Source: Antedon mediterranea (lineage: Eukaryota; Animalia; Echinodermata). From it: 64,000 bases of DNA. Where the stretch lies: the NCBI RefSeq assembly GCF_964355755.1, contig NC_092679.1:10833432-10897431 (forward strand), written 5' to 3'. Positions within the stretch are counted from its first letter, which is position 1; each line of letters starts with the position of its first letter. Both the position numbers and the translations under genes were made by a program. Below, in pieces: positions 50,557 to 63,559 of this stretch. Below the pieces are notes generated by a model. The model was not told the DNA's origin, searched no databases, and saw nothing but the letters and a program-made list of their open reading frames with translations.

Positions 50557-51957
50557 CAGTACAGAAAGAAAATACTGCAACTTTACCTACGAAGTAGCTT
50601 CGTAGTAGGCTACGTTGTTGGCTTCGTAGGTTCCATTGTTTGGCTTCGTAACCTCAATAAACAACTTTCAATGAGCTACTTTCTGAACTTCGTAGGGAGT
50701 TCGTAACCTAAATAAACAACCCTACGATGTTCTTAGTGAAGTAAGGTGTGAAATTAATGTGTTAAATTTAATTGGCGGAGGACAAAGTTGTAAATTAATA
50801 AAAAATAAAAAATATTTTTTAATCGTAATATTTTCCTTCGTGCATGTTTACCTACTCAACGGCGAATATAAATATAAATTTCCCACGATGTATAACGTAG
50901 AGAGAGACACGATCCAACACAGGTGAACCGCAACGAACAGGCCAACTAATATAATAAACATAATATAGCGAACGTCCCATCCAGAAACGATGCCGAGAAA
51001 AAAAGATCGTAAACAATTCATTCTAAATATAGCATCAGGACGTTCAATCGGTCGCTCAAAAAGACTGCCGACAGAAGACCGTAATTAATACAGACCTAGT
51101 TTTTTTTTGGTCACATGGCATGAAACGCGATACTCTCTGCTTACCGCAATCTCTCACATGTTTTTTTTTACTCAGTACGAGCTCGACGAGAGGGTGGCTA
51201 CCGTCTGATGACGATAAAACAGTAATTAAGATCGTGTACCTGGATTTTGTGTCACATGACATGAAACATAATACTCTCTCTACTGTGCTGCTCAGCTAGC
51301 TCACATGTTTTTTCCCCTCCAAATTCTGGTCGGGCCTTTTTCTTTATACATATCGTAATCATTTTAAAAAAGGCCTATTTATGTATGTTAAATCTTAATA
51401 TGGAATATATATTTATTTTGCATATATTTTGTTGGTGTCCTAGCGTAGGTGTCGTTGTTTTTATAATTCGCTAACCCAACAAGGTAGGAATAAATAATTT
51501 ATAGTGTAGGCCGCCGAAACCGGCTAGGCCTAGCCTCGACTCTCTCTACGTGAGCTGAGGTCCACCGGCCGGGTCCGATGTCGTTTCGTCGGCGGATTTC
51601 CGTCCAAATTAGGATAACCGATGCGTAGGGCGGCTACAAAAATTGACCTATCTTTAGGTAGGATTTTAATTAGCAAACAATACATTGTTTGTTTGCATTG
51701 TCCATGCTTCTACGAACCACCCTACGATCGAGGCGTAGCCTAGATTTCATAACAATACATCGTAGGCTACGAACAATACATCGTAGGTAGGAGAGAACAA
51801 TACATCGTAGGCTACGAACAATACATCGTAGGAGAGAACAATACATCGTAGGCTACAAACAATACATCGTAGTAGAGAACAATGACCTACGTTCTACCTA
51901 CGATCTACCTACGAAAGCCTACGCGTAGATACGAAGCAGTAATTTCTTTCTGTACTG
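50557..51957. mobile_element. Tc1/mariner-type non-autonomous element, TA TSD
   Basis: TA|CAGTACAGAAAGAAAATACTGC..GCAGTAATTTCTTTCTGTACTG|TA; internal AACAATACATCGTAG tandem repeats at 51750-51885. Confidence 0.85.
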
Positions 51958-51973
51958 TAGCTACTACTACTAT

Positions 51974-52752
51974 TGGCGCTACTGCAGTTTCGCACCACAC
52001 CGTTATATCTTCGATTTCTCACCTAAATTTTTCTTTTTCACACTCACAACATAATATTATGTAACATGTTTATACGATTCGACCACTTACGAAGTAATTT
52101 TTTTTAAATAACAATACTTTTCAAAACATTTTAAACAATACTGAACTCGATGTCAACACACTGCGAAATGTTCGCCATCTTATATTTATCACTTAATTGC
52201 CAGAATGTATGCTTCATTTTCCCCAAAAAATGTAGAAACTATAGAGGCCAGTGTAATAAAATCCGATTACACATATAGGCCTAGGCCTATTTAGTTTTGA
52301 AAGGCAAGAAATATTTTCAGCTGGCGAAAGAGAGGTTTAATTAATATTTCATTATTAATATTAGTATTATTATTCATATTAATAGGTCCTATCAATGTTT
52401 TATGTACAGACTCATATCATATCGTCGCCGTTTTGATATGTACAGCTAGGCTAGCTAGCCGGTTCTTTATAAAAACCACTCTTTGCAGTTTAAAAATAAA
52501 AACAGAAAATAAAACATGCATTGATTTCTGGCAGTTTTCTGATTCTAAAATGGCCACAGTTCGATCGAGGTATTCGCGGAAATAGAGCTGTTTTGAAAGG
52601 CATTTTTTAGTGTGATAAAGGTAAATATAACGGTGGCTAAATCATGGAAACATGTTACATAATGGCCCAAAATTGTATGATGTGGGTGTGAGAAAAAAAT
52701 TAAGCGATAAATCGAAGATTTAACAGTGTGGTGCGAAACTGCAGTAGCGCCC
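51974..52752. mobile_element. MITE with ~45-bp TIRs
   Basis: GGCGCTACTGCAGTTTCGCACCACAC / GTGTGGTGCGAAACTGCAGTAGCGCC. Confidence 0.85.
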
Positions 52753-52998
52753 TACTATTAGTATTACTTAGTCTAAGCTTATTATTTAGACACCGATGAA
52801 TTATTTGCATGGTTCTTCTTTTTTTAGGAATCACCTATTAGTATAGTATACAGTAGGCTACTAGCCTAGACTAGGCCTAGCCAAATTGCAAATACTAATA
52901 CTTAGGAGATACCCCAAATAGTATTTGAAATACTAACTGTTAAACATTAAATACTTATAAAATAATTAATAATTTAAAACATTTGAACCTCCACTTAC

Positions 52999-53195
52999 CT
53001 ACTTTGAATTTTGTTAATATGAATTAAACGCGTAATTTATGCGATCTTTTAGGATACTTTTTGTACGTTACCACCGTCGGAGACACGACACTAGACGTAG
53101 ACACACTACACCAACACAACAACCCAAGCCAAAAGCGCAGCACACATACATCCGGGAGTTTAAAGTGGTGATCGGTACTCTACGCATGCGTAAAT
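52999..53195 (-). promoter_or_regulatory. SR gene non-coding exon 1 and promoter
   Basis: Strong donor TAG|GTAAGT at 52999/52998; CpG-rich stretch; NRF1-like palindrome TACGCATGCGTA at ~53181-53192. Confidence 0.6.
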
Positions 53196-53635
53196 ATTGT
53201 AGACGGGTTTCTCAAAATCAATACCGTAAATCTTCTAATTTATAATTCACTAACAGTAATAATTAATAGTAACCCCTAGAGGATATTAGGATTTGAACCC
53301 ATCACTCTAGTAATATAGTAGACTATCTTCACCAAGCACCGTTCTTTAATATTGTAAACATTGAAGTTAGCACTATCCTAATAGATATTTTACTATTGTT
53401 AAAGTATGTTGTATAGTATTTATACTGTAGGCCTATTAGGCTAGTCAATCCATGGAGTAATTACTCCATGGTCAATCTAGCAAAAAAAAACAGCCCAAAG
53501 TGAAACAAATTGCAAACAGAGATTTTTCTTTTTTAAATTGTCATATATGATGAGGAGGTCAAAATTTTAGCATCACACCTCTGTCACTCATCCCGATGAT
53601 ATGCAAATTAGCTTAAATATGCAAATTAGGGTGAA

Positions 53636-53675
<40 letters not shown>

Positions 53676-53745
53676 TTTATTCGGCAAAAGTTCATAAAGT
53701 ACATTTTACAATTCATCTTGCCAGGAGCAAGTAATAGGCATGAGC
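53636..53745 (-). repeat. (TAA)n microsatellite, probably the tail of a LINE 3' end
   Basis: Minus strand reads ..TTGCCGAATAAAT(ATT)n. Confidence 0.55.
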
Positions 53746-55726
53746 CCTGTCACGCCAAATGAGGTACCACTGCCAAATGAGGTACCGCACTTAATTTGGC
53801 GTCTAAGGCGCCAAATTAGGTACTATTGCAAAATGAAGTTCTATTGTAATTTTTTTTATTACAGTTTATATAAAACAAACATATTTAAGCCAGTATTAAA
53901 CTACAATATGTATTCTGTGTTGTTACGCCTGTTATTAGATCAAGCTATTACATTAAATTAAATATAAAGCAGAAAATAGTTATCCTTTTTTGATTTTCGT
54001 CGAATAGATCGAAGCGGAAGTGCTTCGGTCATGGTCCGCAAATTATATGATACGCCTTGTGTGCCAAAATGTTTTTACTGCTTTTAGTTGAATCACCGCG
54101 TGTACAGTTAAAACCAATAGATTGTGCTGCAGTCAGGCCCGTAGCCAGGGGGGTTTTTTGGGGTTCGGGCGAAACCAGTGGTGGCGCCAGCGGGGGGGCC
54201 GGGGTCGCCAGGGCCCCCCCGTCGGGGAAAGCTGGCCCCCCCGTCGGGGAGTATTGGTCATATTTGTCGGGGAGAAAAATATGATCATTTCTTTTCTGGT
54301 AAAAAATAAAACCATATTAAGTGTACTACTATATATTTTAAGTAACTGCGGCATTCCATTTTTGACGTACGTACGATATACTGACAGCGAAGTAAACGGT
54401 ATGATGTGGTACGCATTTGTCTGGCGGTGTCTCTTTGTACGACGAATCTTTCATGGCTCACTGCGGTATACGCGTCGACATACATCCAGGGACCAAAATG
54501 TGTATTTTTCAGATTCCAGACGAAAATCGAAAATTCATTTGCAACTACGCATCGACGTACGTTCATACAGGGATAAAGGTACGAGTTATGTTCTCACGGT
54601 TCAGTTTACGAATTGTTTCAATTTACCAATAACCCTTGGTGTACCGCGTATATGTCCGCTGTCGGTTGGTTGGCCCGAACCATAAAACAGGGTCTGGTCA
54701 CGTTTCTTTTCGCGCATAAATCTCGATCTAGGGTAGGTGGGTGAATAGGGTGGCTAGCCACCTCCCTTAATTCTAAAGGGAAAAAAAAGATGCACCAAAC
54801 CCATGACCGTCGCTAGACGCGGATTCGACGCACTTGACTCTTTTTAAGAAGAGTAGGCTAGAGCTATAGTTGTGTAAATAGGCCTACATAGTGAAATAAC
54901 TATTTATGAATTCAAGAGTCTAAAAAGAAAACGCAATTTAAAATCTTCGGAAAATACCCACAACTGAGTTATTTTCAAAACACATGCACTCCCACTACCA
55001 GCATCACGTTTTCTTAGCTCGCTCCTCGTGTGAATGCTGACGTCATCACTCTCCAAAAAATACACCATTTTCCGCCCTGGTCCGTGTGCAAGCGTTAGCG
55101 TGGACCTGTATATTTACACCCCTGTACAGAGTAGAGTGTAATATCGTGAACTTTTTTCTCGCGTATGAAGGTTTTTTATATAATGGTATACAGTATAAAC
55201 GATAAAAAAAAACGATAAACATGATGTTCTTTTATTATTATTTCATAGGCATAACATAAACATGAAACGTCTTGTTCTATGTACACGGCCGAAAAAACGG
55301 CATTTTATTGATTTGTGTTATAGACACGGCGATTACGGCAATCATCATTGTATACGGTACTAAATTACATTGAGTTATTCACCCGGCTATAGGGTATATA
55401 TCTGAGGTTAACCAGATCAACCACCAAAGCACAGTCGTACACTAAACACATGCACTATCGAGGCATTTTCGGATCAAAGTTTATTATTAGTTCGTCGAAA
55501 AAGATCCGTATTAGAGTATTTAGGAAAGATTTATTTAAATTTACATTATTATGTGACATTGTTATTAAATGTAATGGAAACAGTTGCTCTAGCTCGAACT
55601 CGAACCCCCCTTTTGCGCGAACCCCCCTTTTACCAGCGAACCCCCCTTGAAAAACAAAGGCCCCACTTCCAAAATCGTGCAATTAATTATCAATTATAGC
55701 AGATTTTTTGGTCATTTTACTTCTAT

Positions 55727-57604
55727 TAGTCAGGTGGCTTAGCGACTAAAACGTTACACGGTGGACAAAAGCACCAAATTTGGCATGAGGCTTCTTTTAG
55801 ACGTACTAATTGATTTTTGCCTAGGAGCCACCCGATTAGCTTCCGATTTTCCAAGATGGCGGCCAAAATCCAAAATGGCTGCCAGTAAATTGGTATATCA
55901 TATATCTCTGGCTGTAAAAGTTACAAATAGACAAATAATGTACTGAATAAAGAATTTCTGAGGTCAGTAAAACCGATTCAGGAAATATTATATAAAGTGA
56001 GTTCCAAAATGGCGCCCAAAAATAAAAATGGTAGCCATTGAAATTGAAATACATATAATTGTATACAAAGTCACAAATAGTCCATTTCCTAATATAATTT
56101 AGTCTGCAAATCAGAAGGAAAGTGCAAGCATTGCATTTTATGATTTTTTTTACCATGCTAGTTATAAAAACCCATGTTATCAAATTTCTAAAGTTTTTCC
56201 TTGACCTTTGACCTCAATTTGAATATTTTAATCCAATTGAAAACAAAATAACCATATCTCCGCAACGCTTGCATTAAATTAAATAATTTTAGTGTCAAAT
56301 TCTTTGGAAGATGCATATTAATATTCGTCCTAATGGAAACATTTGTCAAAAAATGGCCGGAAGTATGATTTTTGGTATTTTTGACCTTTGACCTACATGT
56401 CATATAACTTGGTAACTAACAGTTGGACAAACTTTAAATAGGTCTCAAATTAATCAGAAGATGTATGTTTCTATTCAGTCTAATACAAACTTTTCCAAGA
56501 AAATGACCCAGATTCTTGTTATTGACCTTTGACCTGTACTGGTAGTACACATTTCTATATTTCGAAAACTAGTGGTCGTAAAAGTTTTTTTATGAGAAAT
56601 TGTTAGAAAAATATATATTTATATGTTTTATAATAAAACAGTTTCTATAAAAATGTAAAAGAATCCTAATTATGATAACTAAATTTGTAATTTCTTAATA
56701 TCCAATAGTATTTGTTATGTATTAAAATGTGTTATATTTGCTGATTTTAGGCACTTAACGTAAATTTATCTGAACTATGGATATTTAATGTAATTTTTTT
56801 TTTTTAATATAAAGAAAATGTAATCTATCAAATAAGACCATTTAAAAACTATTCTGACAAAAACTTAGTTAGTTACAGGTAAAAAAGTGTACTTTTACTT
56901 ATGTGAACAGCGCCCTCAATCTTTATTTTCCCCAAAATACCACATTTTATGTGGTTTCAGAATCTGAACTGGTTATAACTTTTTTTTATCGATTTTTTTT
57001 ACAGTTACTTGTAATTTACATACCACCTCTACCATTTACTACAGTTACTTCATTTACATTTACTTCTGCCGTCCACAGATATTGTATGTGATTTCCTAGT
57101 TTACTGGCAGCCATTTTGGATTTTTCCCACCATCTTTGCAACGAGTGACCTATATTATGTACCATGTCTAAAATATGTTTCAATGACCATGATTAGGCCT
57201 ACTCCATGTTTTCCAACTTCGTTTGATACCTATATGCGATTTCTGCAACCAGAATGATATTCCAGTTTAGGCTACTGGCAGCCATGTTGGATTTTGGCCA
57301 CTATCTTAACAACGAATGACCCATGTCATGCAACATGTCTAAAATATGATTCAATGACCATGAATACTTATGTTTTGATAGTTCATTTGCCTATATGCAA
57401 CTTCTGCAACAAATGAAATGTGATTTTCCAATTTATTGGCGGCCATTTTGGATTTTGGCCGCCATCTTGAAAAATAAATTACGACCAGAGTGGCTCCTAG
57501 GCAAAAATCAATTGGTAGGTCCCAACGAAGCTCCATGCCAAATTTGGCGCTTTTGTCCACTGTGTAACGATTTCCTCATTTTTTGTTGTTAAGCCACCTG
57601 ACTA
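55727..57604. mobile_element. Academ-like non-autonomous element
   Basis: TAGTCAGGTGGCTTA..TAAGCCACCTGACTA long imperfect TIRs, 3-bp TSD TAT, internal TGACCTTTGACC and AAAATGGC repeats. Confidence 0.8.
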
Positions 57605-57904
57605 TATTGACTATGTTTAAATCGATCGAATATACAGATTGTCCGATGTCAAAGTCACTGCTGAGCGTGAGATCGACAGATTGTTGAGAGATGATGGTTA
57701 TAAATATGACAGAAAAATGGTCTGACCAATCGCGTGCTTCGGCCGGGCTTTTCGGAACGCACAAGATCACGTTCAGTTCAGTTCAATCTTGTTGGGGATT
57801 TTTATTTTTTTCCTGGAAATATTTTTCATTAAACCAAAAAATTTCACTGTGTAAACTTGAATAAAAATGGTGCTGAGTTAAATTGGTACGTGTACGTAGG
57901 CCTA

Positions 57905-58969
57905 CCGTATATTTCGGTGTATAAGACGCACTTTTGACACGCAAATTTGACCTCTAAATGTTACCCTAATTAATTTAATTACCTACTAATACTTAAATTA
58001 ATTAAAAATAGTGTACTACTCTGCAATGTAAGCCTAGCTAGTTACTCACTCCTGTCTAACCACAGCGGGTAACAAGTTTATTGAATTTTTAGTTAAGGTA
58101 AATTGTCATCCTCGACTGTATTAATTAATATTACAGTACGCATTAGATATTCTACCCAGGCCAGTAATTCTCTCTGAACTCGCGGGTGTGTATTCTAGCA
58201 GCAGCATGCAGCATCATCAGCGCAACACATTTATGGAAGAGTCCATTAATTACGGTGGTGTCACATTTTAATTACACAATAACTATTTCCCTTGATCACG
58301 GTGGTTTATTTTTATTACATCTCTATGTCAACAATTTTATAATCATGTAGGCAATAGTTCGTATGTCAAGCGATATCTAAAAGAGTGTGTTGTTATTGTG
58401 TTAAGTAGCTTCCCCTAATCTCATAGTGTATATGGCCAACAGTGCTGGCCACCAGGCAAGGAGCACATGGTTAGTGCTCTCCTCTCCTCATATTGCTGTA
58501 ATGCATGCATGGAAATAGGAAAGATTTTCATATAGGCCTACCCACCATGATATTCCTGGTTCATTATCAGCCCAAAAAACTGAACATCATTTGGATTGAT
58601 TTTATAATGGTCATATACACAATAAGAAGGTAAAGTTACTTAAATAGACATAGGCTAGCCCTACCCACACAGTGCATCGTAACTGAAACAATATGGGGAT
58701 TTCCCTTTTCATTGAACGTTCAGTTGAAGTAGAGAACGATGTAATAAAGGCAATCAAACAAAATTATATCATTTGATTCTAATAAATATGTCTCAAATAT
58801 CGTTGTTTTATTATTAAAATACCATTATTTTGATTGTAAAATGTTTAAATTTCGGCCTAGAAATAAGTGCGTCTTATGCATCGACTACATAAAAAATACT
58901 AATATTTCAGGTTCCGTTATGGGTGCGTCTTATAATACACAGGTGCGACTTGTACACCGAAATATACGG
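57905..58969. mobile_element. Tc1/mariner (pogo-like) MITE
   Basis: TA|CCGTATATTTCGGTGTATAAGACGCAC..GTGCGACTTGTACACCGAAATATACGG|TA. Confidence 0.88.
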
Positions 58970-59065
58970 TACTATTTGTTTTTTATGTTTATAGGATAAG
59001 AAATTATTAAGGGCCTAATATAATATACTTTTTTGCAACAATAAAGCTGTATTTCATGATCAGTA

Positions 59066-59761
59066 CTGTCATGCGCGATTTGAACGATTTGCGCAATTTG
59101 AAATTGCGCCAAAAAAATCCTTGCGCAATTTGAATTGAAACATATGTGTCTCAAATTGCGCAAGCAACGTATTAAATTGCGCAAGTAATCTGCAAATTGC
59201 GCAAGGTTTTCCGACAGATTGTGAAATCATGCACACCCATATTTTTATAGTAATTTCTAAGAATGATTCAAAATTAAAGATAAATATCGCATTTCCTTAT
59301 TTTAGTAGTGCAAATATTGTTATAAGTTAGCATACCGTCGAAGAACCGACGAAGGAAAACGAAGCGGTGGTGTTCCACCAGGCGGGCGCGGCGCGGGCGG
59401 CCGGCTATACTACTCTAGCCTAGCTATAGGGTCCGGACTACTGATACTGACTAGGTTACATGGCCTAGCTTAAACTAATATTAAAAACTTAAAAAGTGAG
59501 TATTAAACATTATCTTCATTGAAATAGTCTTATTTATATAATAAAATACTAAATTTTAAACTCCTCTGCCTAGGCCTAGCCTAGCCATGTATGGGAAAAT
59601 TTACAGTTCGTTTTCAAATTGCGCAAAGGTGTCATATTGCGCAAGAACTATCTTGCGCAATTTACAAATTGCGCAAGAATTCTTTGCGCAATTTCAAATT
59701 GCGCAAGGATTTTTTTGCGCAATTTCAAATTGCGCAAATCATTCAAATCGCACATAACAAG
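59066..59761. mobile_element. TA-flanked MITE with TTGCGCAA-rich long TIRs
   Basis: GCGATTTGAACGATTTGCGCAATTTGAAATTGCGC mirrored at 59715-59755. Confidence 0.8.
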
Positions 59762-60168
59762 TACTACTAACCTCCATAATACTGTACTATATAATTTCTC
59801 TGCATAACTCAGATTTTAGTAGGTAAAAAATGTCTCTGTAAGCTTATTAAAACAACCGAAATTGCTCTGAGAGCCAAAGCTTCCAGGGGCCTTCGCCCCC
59901 TGGACCCCGACCCTGGCCCCCAGCCTACAGTTGCTCGCTGCGCTCGCAAAATACTTGGTGTCAAGAAAACCCCCCTCTGATGCATTCTGGCTACGGGCCT
60001 GGCAGTGCAGATTGTCTGTACAGTAATGTGGGCTGTCTGCTTGGGGGTCTGTCTATCAAGGTACAACATTTCGACGAAGCAAATTTAATATTTTCATTTT
60101 GTTTTAATATCTGTAGAATGCGTCGTCATTTATTCTGAAGCTAATACTGTAGGCCTATATACCGTAAT

Positions 60169-61261
60169 CAGGCCCGTAGCCAGGGGGGGTTTTATGGTTC
60201 GGGCGAACCCCCCCCCCCCCCCCACTCTTTACAGCGAACCCCCCTTAACCGACTGCGAACCCCCATCCCCGACATGCCCAATACCTCACCCTCATCTCCG
60301 AAAATCGTCCAAATACGTGCCCCACAGTACAAAAAGTTGTTCGTAAATTAAAAAATTCGTAAACTCGTTCGGAATAACTCATACAGTACCTTCTTCCCTG
60401 TATGAGCGTACTTCGAGCGATATAGTCTGTAAAGAGTTGCAAATGAATTGCGGATTTTAACCTGAAAAATAAATGTTTGGTCCCTCCTGCATGTAACATG
60501 ATATTGACGCGTCTCACAGCGAGCTGGGGGACGTACGATTCGCACAAAGGACACCGCCAGACAACTGCGTACCAATTGTTTAGATCACTGGCAGTCAGGC
60601 AGCATGCATAAAGTATATAGCCTTCCGACATACATCAGTATTTATGTGTGGCTATGAAGTATAATGTATCATAGAGGATTATAGTGAATATTAATATTTT
60701 ACACTATAATATCTATGGTATCATGTACTGTAGTTCACATTATGGCATCCGATTATTTTTTTCTAGACCACCAGCCGATACGTAGGCCTACTCAAATGTA
60801 TCAATATCACCTATTTACATTGGCATATTTAATTTCCTCAACACATTGCTGTAAATAAATATTATAGATAGAGCTATAATAAGAATTGCATTTGCCTTCA
60901 CCCAGTGTGCTTTTTTCGGGGCTTCTCCTAGACGTACGTTCGCATTGAACTTGAACGCAAAACAAAATATCGAGTAAATGATCAAACAATCGGCGGTTCC
61001 GCACAGAGCACGCGCATCTAACATACGGCAACAAATGTTATCGTTGAAATAGTCAACGAGTCCAAGTACGATCGTTTTGCTCATGGGTAGCATGCTGCAT
61101 GAGAGTGTCTTTTCCGGCCATCTAGGGGTGTCATTTAACAAAATTTGCTTCGCCTCAGGCCCCACCCCAGGTGGGAGTGGAGGGGGGTAGGTATGGGGGT
61201 GGGGGTGACCCAAATACTTAGTGTGCGAACCCCCCCTTGACAGATCCTGGCTACGGCCCTG
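60169..61261. mobile_element. hAT5-like non-autonomous element, uninterrupted relative of 54134-60001
   Basis: CAGGCCCGTAGCCAGG..CCTGGCTACGGCCCTG, 5-bp TSD GTAAT; 60300-60600 is homologous (reverse) to 54380-54640. Confidence 0.85.
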
Positions 61262-61899
61262 GTAATCAGGCGGATTATTAAGGCTAGCTCACGTACAGCA
61301 GAATTCACGTAGAATTATGTGGTGTTGTTGCTTGATTGTAAATTGCCCAGATTCTTCATTAGAAAAGAACTGATCAATTTGAATTGAATTAAGGTTAATT
61401 CTAGAACTGATATTAAGGAGTAAGTCTTTAGAACAGATATTAAGATGTCCTCTATAAACGGAGTCCTCACAAACTCATATAAGAGGTCCTCTTGTAAAAT
61501 CAGGTTCCCGTCGAATTTATTTTAGATAAGTAACTAAATTATCATGGATTTCGTACCCACCATTCCATCGATAGCTTTTTTTTTCTCTTTTGTGGCGCAA
61601 ACACCACTTTTATCCACATTCATATATTATCTCATGTCATTACATAAAATCATATTATTTAACAGATTTGTTAATTCCCAATGTCGTTACAATTTATCAG
61701 TAACATTTTTACATTTATGAATTCCGTATTGGCTCCTATTTTCATTAATGTTCTTCGTTTTAAAATATTTTACACATAAAGAATTTGTGAGATTTTCAAT
61801 TGTTTGTTTTAATTTTACAACCCGGATTAATGTATTTATTTATTTTATTTTTATTTATTCAATTTCTGCCATAAACATAACAATTACAATTTGTAATTA

Positions 61900-61990
61900 T
61901 TGCTTATGATGTTTGTCTTTATGATGTGAAGCACCTTTGAGCATGAGTTTTCATGAAAAGGGCGCTAAGAAATCTGGTAAATAAATAAAC
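61900..61990 (+). mobile_element. L2-type 3' tail (SINE or very short LINE)
   Basis: AGCACCTTTGAG..AAAGGGCGCT-AAGAAAT..(TAAA)n resembles the tail at 7078-7139. Confidence 0.55.
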
Positions 61991-62169
61991 AAAGACAAAA
62001 CAATTATAAAAGGAGGCACGGAAAGACCAAACAGGTGTTAAAACCTATGCTAGTTGGTCAACCCAGAACAGAGAAAAATAAATTACGTTCTACAATAAAA
62101 GCATCGACAAGAAAGCGACCAACTACACATATTTTCAATATCAAAATTATTTTAAAAATAAATATTGAG

Positions 62170-62525
62170 ATATTAATAGAAATAATTTTACATTTAGAAG
62201 TATTAAAATTCAAATCCCATTTTTTAGACCAGGTGCTCAGAGTATCAATATCAATCTGAAGTGAATGGCAATCCTGGACACTGTGAATTTCTCTGTAACA
62301 TTTGGCATCATCAGCATAAAGAGCAATATTTGTGTCACAACTTAAATTATCAGGCAGATCATTAATATATAGGATAAACATTAATGGCCCTAGAATCGAT
62401 CCCTGTGGGACACCTGATGATACTGGGAACCACTCTGAAGACTGACCTTCAATTACAACTTTCTGTGTTCGGTTTGTTATATAATTACGAAACCAGGTAA
62501 GTAAGTTACCAGATATACCATAAAA
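62170..62525 (-). mobile_element. CR1-like LINE reverse transcriptase fragment
   Basis: GISGNLLTWFRNY..SGVPQGSILGPLMFILYINDLP..YADDAK..WDLNFNTSKCK. Confidence 0.85.
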
Positions 62526-62720
62526 GATATAAAGATAAAACGAATTAAATCAGATCAGCACCACCCGTAACTCGTATCACAGTGAATTCCTTTTCTGATA
62601 ATCGAGCAAATTAGAATTTATATTAACATAATAGTATTTCTTAAAGCTACCCATTTTTCTATACTTGTTTCTTTATTGTTATATCTTTCACATTCAATGT
62701 TAAGCATATTGCTTTCCTTT

Positions 62721-63320
62721 TAGTCCAGTCCCTAAGGGGAAATGATGTTACCATAGTGGATACAAGTGTGCCCTTTGGCATGTTGATAGAACATGATATG
62801 GAGATACCAAAACAAAGTTACTGGAAATCTGATTTGACCTCTGTGACCTCTGACCTCAATTTTTATATTTCTATCTTAAACAGCCATATCTCCGCAACGG
62901 GTTTGACAATTGAAATGATATTGGTGTCAAATAGATCAGAGGGTACATATTTATATTCGCTCTAATAGAACTTTTTTCCAAAAAACGACCGGAAATGTAA
63001 TTTCTCAATGTTTTGACCTTTGACCTCGGCTTACTATATCTCAATAACTACTGGTCAAAATTTCTTGAAATTTGTTTCAAATTGTTAAGAGCATACATAT
63101 TTATATATACTCTAATTAAACATGTTCTTCCAAATCCACAGGAAATGTCATTTACTGACCTTTGACCTTTAATGTTTAAATATGTCTGTATCTCTGTAAC
63201 CAAATGTCATAAAAAGTTCAACTTGGTGTCAAAATGTTCAAAATGTAAACATTTATATTAGCCCTAATAGAAGATGTTATCATATTTTTACTGGAAATGC
63301 CAGTTTGAGGTATGACCAGG
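62721..63320. mobile_element. Left part of a second Academ-like element
   Basis: TAGTCCAG start, GTTACCATAGTGGA..TTTGGCATG resembles 55750-55790, TGACCTTTGACC repeats. Confidence 0.55.
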
Positions 63321-63559
63321 ATATACTGTTAAGCGTGCGTGTGTCATACTTATAATAATATACCTAAAATATAGATTTAATGGACCAGAACTACATTCAA
63401 TATCCTATCTAGCCTTTTACAACTTTTTTAAAACTTAATGTTTAATTTAATTTCAATATATAATTCCATCGCATGGTAGGCCTACACCGTAAGAGCAACA
63501 CTTAATATCAACAAAAAATTAAATAAACTTAAAAGTTAAATAACATTAAAAAAAAAAAA

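Larger units (their letters stand above)
54134..60001. mobile_element. hAT5-like non-autonomous DNA transposon expanded by nested insertions
   Basis: TIR CAGGCCCGTAGCCAG/CTGGCTACGGGCCTG with 5-bp TSD GCAGT at 54129-54133 and 60002-60006. Confidence 0.8.

Noticed and set aside
51750-51890. AACAATACATCGTAG repeats with short variable spacers
   Set aside because: Spacers are only 5-10 nt and the array lies inside a TIR element; a minisatellite, not CRISPR.
54122-54685. 187-aa ORF and other 60-130 aa ORFs in 54-61 kb
   Set aside because: They lie within GC-rich non-autonomous transposon ends and show no transposase or other domain motifs.
24100-63490. Frequent TAGGCCTA/AGGCCT palindromes as a specific regulatory code
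   Set aside because: They are scattered across TEs, introns and exons with no positional pattern, so this looks like a genome-wide compositional trait.
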